A DNA stretch of 32,000 nucleotides. It comes from an uncultured Opitutales bacterium. GTDB taxonomy: Bacteria; Verrucomicrobiota; Verrucomicrobiia; Opitutales; Intestinicryptomonadaceae. Location of the stretch: NCBI GenBank assembly GCA_934613415.1, contig CAKTSY010000001.1, positions 210,001 to 242,000 of the forward strand, in the 5' to 3' direction. Positions within the stretch are counted from its first letter, which is position 1, and the number at the start of each line of letters is the position of its first letter. Below, piece after piece: positions 29,002 to 32,000 of this stretch. The position numbers were made by a program, and so were the translations under genes. A model generated the notes under the pieces. That model did not search any database. It had not been told where the DNA came from and saw nothing but the letters and a program-made list of their open reading frames with translations.

Positions 29002-31482
29002 ATGAAAAGTATGCGCAAAGTATTTTTTGCGGTTGTTCTTGTAATCGCAAATATGCAACTTTTTGGGGCGGAAATTTTAATGGATTTGGTTGCCCAAAAA
29101 GACAAAGTTTTAAATCTCTGCAAGCTCTACAAAAGCGAAAATGTACAAGAAACAAAAAGCGGCTTTGAATTTACGGGGCAAGACTCGTCGTATATATTCT
29201 ACAACACGCCGCAGCTAAACGAATCGTTTGCGGTTGCAATGCTTGTAAAGCTAAACGAATACCCCAAAGACCGCGCAACATTTTTTGCAAGGCGCGGCTA
29301 CAACCATATGCTTGGCTGCGACAAAGATGGGCGAATTTTTCACGAAATTTACGAAATCGGGGGAAAAACAAAGTTTTTTGTAAATTCCGAAACCAAAATG
29401 GAGCTTGGCAGAAACTATCAAATAATTGCCGTGTTCGACACTTCCAACAACCAATATGGCATAAAGCTATATGTAAACGGCATTTTAGAGGGCGCTTCTA
29501 ACCTGCTGCAAAAGCCCTTCCCCTATAAAACCGATTTTATTTTGGGCAATGCAAACCCAAACGGCCGCTTTAGCCACCCAATGTGCGGAGCAATAAACCA
29601 CATACGCCTATGGCAAGGCGTGCCCAGCCAAAAAGAAATGCAGGCATGGCAAAACGAATCGGCAAAGGCAGCCTCGCTTACTATTAAAAAAGGCGGCACA
29701 GTTTCGGTTAGGGAATTTGGGGCAATTGCAGGCGACGGCCAAGACGACACTCAATCGGTGCGCCGCGCATTAGATTTTGCGCTAAAAAATGGGGCAAAAA
29801 AGCTAGTTTTCCCAAAAGGCATATATAATTTTGCGCAGGCAAAAGGCGGTTTATGGGAACCAAGCCACTGGCTTTTTTGGCTAAAAAACGTAAAAAATCT
29901 CGAGATAGATGGCCAAGGTTCGCTCTTTATTTTTGAAGGCACGCAATGCTTTGCATATAGTATAGACTGCGAAAATGTTGTATTTAAAAATTTCAGTGTA
30001 GACTACGAAAAGCCGTTTTTCACCCACGGCAAAGTTTCGTGGATAAGCCCCGACAAATCGGAATTCGACTTAAAATTCGACAACACAATTTACAGACCCA
30101 AGGGCGGCGAAAGCGTACCTTCGTGGTCTGAAGTTTACGGCGAAAGGCTTTTTAGCGTAAGCGGAGGGCTTTTTGTAAACTATCAAGTTTCGCAAACGCG
30201 CCTAATTGCTCCAAATTTAATTAGGGTATCGTGCACGCATTCAATAGACCCCCTAAAAATTGGAATGGAGATTATGCTGCGCCACCACACCTACAGCGGT
30301 TCTATTTTCAGGCTGCACCATTCTAAAAACCACAAGATAGAAAATGTAAACATATATTCTGGAATGGGTATGGGCATTGTCGGGCAATATCTAGATTCCA
30401 TAGAAATTAAAAACGTAAACATTGCCCCCGCTCCCGATTCAAAAGTGCCCTATTCGGTAAGTTCCGACGCGATAAACCTGCTCGGCTGCTACGGAAAAAT
30501 TTTGGTGGAAAACTGCTATGTAAAAGGCTCTAAAGACGATTCAATTAACGTGTTTAGCAACTACTATAAAATTAAAAGGCAAATAGCCCCCAACAAAATT
30601 CAGCTGCACAGCCCCAAATTCAATTCGGGCGAAATGCCGCAAGACAAAGCAGGCGACACTTTGGTGTTTATGCGCAAAGACCTTAAAAAATATGCCTATC
30701 GCAAAATAAAAAGCATAACGCAAAACTGGCAACAACGCTGCGCCGAAGTAGAGTTCGAAGAAGCTTTGCCAAAAGATGCAGACATTGCCAACGACATAAT
30801 TTCCACAACAAAGCAGCCCAGCGAAATTGTTATGCGCTTTTGCAAGCTCGACAGCGAGGGCCGCATTTGCTGCCAGGCGTCGAATATGCTGGTTGAAGAT
30901 TGCGAGCTTATAAATTCGGGAGGATTTCAACTAAACACCTGCGTGCAGCCGTGGTTTGAAGGCGTGCCCAGCAGCAACGTTGTTGTGCGCCGCTGCAGCT
31001 TTATAAACAGCAAAATTAACGGACATAGAAACCTGCCCGCCGTAATAATAGTTTCGGCCGAAGGCGCGGTTAAAGAGATTAACGACGGCCTGAGCCAGGG
31101 CGAAGTGCTAAACTGGCCCGTGCACAGCAATGTTGAAATTTCCGACAACAAAATTTTGGGCGGCGAAAATAGCGCAATGTTATTTGCAAACGTTAAAAAC
31201 CTTGTTGTTAAAAACAATTTTATAAGCGACTTTTGCACAAATACAAAAATCAAGCCTTGGCGCGTTCCAACCAGAACTTGGAACGCAAACGTTGTAAACT
31301 TTGTTTCGGGCATAGAAAACGCGGTGTTCGAAAACAACACCTACACCGATAAAAACGGAAAACCTGGCGTAATTGCCGTAGGCTTAGACATTCCCGAAAG
31401 CCAGATAGAATTTAAAAACAACAAGGGCTTTGTTGTAGAGCAAAAAGATATGTTCCCCGAACGCAAAAAAGGCGGGAAATAA
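29002..31482 (+). CDS. secreted protein with a LamG/concanavalin-like lectin domain followed by a right-handed parallel beta-helix (pectate-lyase superfamily) domain
   Basis: 826 aa with the signal peptide 'MKSMRKVFFAVVLVIANMQLFGA'. 'YQIIAVFD...LYVNG...INHIRLWQGVPSQKEMQAW' resembles the end of LamG_3 domains. 'REFGAIAGDGQDDTQSVRRALDFALKNG' resembles the GAxGDGxTDDTxAiqxAi cap of beta-helix glycosidases and lyases. Repetitive N/I/V-rich coils follow it. Confidence 0.65.
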   Translation: MKSMRKVFFAVVLVIANMQLFGAEILMDLVAQKDKVLNLCKLYKSENVQETKSGFEFTGQDSSYIFYNTPQLNESFAVAMLVKLNEYPKDRATFFARRGYNHMLGCDKDGRIFHEIYEIGGKTKFFVNSETKMELGRNYQIIAVFDTSNNQYGIKLYVNGILEGASNLLQKPFPYKTDFILGNANPNGRFSHPMCGAINHIRLWQGVPSQKEMQAWQNESAKAASLTIKKGGTVSVREFGAIAGDGQDDTQSVRRALDFALKNGAKKLVFPKGIYNFAQAKGGLWEPSHWLFWLKNVKNLEIDGQGSLFIFEGTQCFAYSIDCENVVFKNFSVDYEKPFFTHGKVSWISPDKSEFDLKFDNTIYRPKGGESVPSWSEVYGERLFSVSGGLFVNYQVSQTRLIAPNLIRVSCTHSIDPLKIGMEIMLRHHTYSGSIFRLHHSKNHKIENVNIYSGMGMGIVGQYLDSIEIKNVNIAPAPDSKVPYSVSSDAINLLGCYGKILVENCYVKGSKDDSINVFSNYYKIKRQIAPNKIQLHSPKFNSGEMPQDKAGDTLVFMRKDLKKYAYRKIKSITQNWQQRCAEVEFEEALPKDADIANDIISTTKQPSEIVMRFCKLDSEGRICCQASNMLVEDCELINSGGFQLNTCVQPWFEGVPSSNVVVRRCSFINSKINGHRNLPAVIIVSAEGAVKEINDGLSQGEVLNWPVHSNVEISDNKILGGENSAMLFANVKNLVVKNNFISDFCTNTKIKPWRVPTRTWNANVVNFVSGIENAVFENNTYTDKNGKPGVIAVGLDIPESQIEFKNNKGFVVEQKDMFPERKKGGK

Positions 31483-31524
31483 CCAAAAGCCTACAAAGGA
31501 TTAACACCCCAACAAAAACGCAAA

Positions 31525-31553
31525 ACGCGCCGAAACTAACACGGCGCGTTTTT
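31525..31553. terminator. bidirectional rho-independent terminator
   Basis: The GC-rich stem CGCGCCG (31526-31532) pairs with CGGCGCG (31542-31548) around a 9-nt loop. A T5 run follows at 31549-31553 and an A4 run precedes it. It lies between convergent genes. Confidence 0.8.
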
Positions 31554-31583
31554 GCTTTATATGAGAATAAAAAAGGGGAAATT

Positions 31584-32000
31584 CTACAAAACAAACTCTC
31601 CGTTCGGGTAATATTTTTTGGCATTTTCAAGCGTAATTACGCCCTTTTGCACCAGACGCGCATAGCTTTCTTTCATAGTAAGCATACCCATATTAGACGA
31701 TGTCTGCAAAACGTTTTGAATCATATTCGTCTTCGATTCCCTTATAAGATTTTTTACCGCCGCGTTAGAAATTAAAAATTCGAATGCCGCTTTGCGCGTA
31801 GAATTTTTTGCGGGAATTAGCGACTGAATTAAAACGCCCAAAAGAACGTCCGACAAAACCGTTCTAATTTGCCTTTGTTCTTCGGGAGCAAAATAGTCTA
31901 TTATTCTTTCTATGCAACCCGACGAACTTGATGTGTGCATTGTGGCCAAAACCAAGTGCCCGGTTTCGGCAAGTTTCATTGCAGCCCTTACGGTGTCTTG
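31584..32000 (-). CDS. pilT: type IV pilus retraction ATPase PilT family, C-terminal part (N-terminus lies beyond the window)
   Basis: 'AETGHLVLATMHT' (His box), 'RIIDYFAPEEQRQIR' and 'NAAVKNLIRE' are present. The reading frame stays open through nt 32000 ('QDTVRAA' precedes the listed Met), so the gene is truncated by the window edge. Confidence 0.8.
   Translation of the reverse strand, partial: QDTVRAAMKLAETGHLVLATMHTSSSSGCIERIIDYFAPEEQRQIRTVLSDVLLGVLIQSLIPAKNSTRKAAFEFLISNAAVKNLIRESKTNMIQNVLQTSSNMGMLTMKESYARLVQKGVITLENAKKYYPNGEFVL

Noticed and set aside
1-32000. A scan for tRNA, rRNA, CRISPR repeats, IS or transposase genes, integrases, and toxin-antitoxin or defence genes.
   Set aside because: No intergenic segment exceeds about 140 nt, and none shows cloverleaf-like or repeat-spacer structure. 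No ORF has transposase, integrase, nuclease or defence-type motifs that I can recognise. The scan was done by eye and is not exhaustive.

Overview
This is a densely coded, moderately AT-rich window from a diderm bacterium; I cannot assign the taxon from sequence alone. I support 31 CDSs, and intergenic gaps are all about 140 nt or shorter. By eye I found no rRNA, tRNA, CRISPR array, IS element or integrase.

The left half (100-15694) is one tightly coupled ACP-dependent lipid or polyene assembly-and-export locus. It encodes a DedA/TVP38-like membrane protein, a PlsC-type acyltransferase, a FabZ-type dehydratase and an Isf-like Fe-S flavoprotein. It also encodes FabG, a GcvT-fold protein, two non-housekeeping ACPs, a GT2 glycosyltransferase, an MMPL exporter and an LpxL-type acyltransferase. 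The remaining genes are two fused KS-CLF proteins, a LolA-like protein, a small secreted protein and a convergent FabH-like KAS III. This gene set resembles aryl-polyene, flexirubin and xanthomonadin loci. However, it lacks every aryl-starter, thioesterase and methyltransferase gene and carries several parts not typical of those loci. It is the main candidate for something new.

The right half is mostly housekeeping or accessory. It holds a small conserved-motif ORF, tadA, infA with a C-terminal extension, a FecCD/ATPase pair with no binding-protein gene, hemolysin III and a secreted GH2 beta-galactosidase. It also has a five-gene operon (unknown 587-aa protein, FolE2-like, FabZ-like, FabB/F-like KS, Kdo transferase), a secreted LamG plus beta-helix protein and a partial pilT. 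Three clear rho-independent terminators are visible.

All functional calls come from motif reading of the supplied translations. No database search was run.
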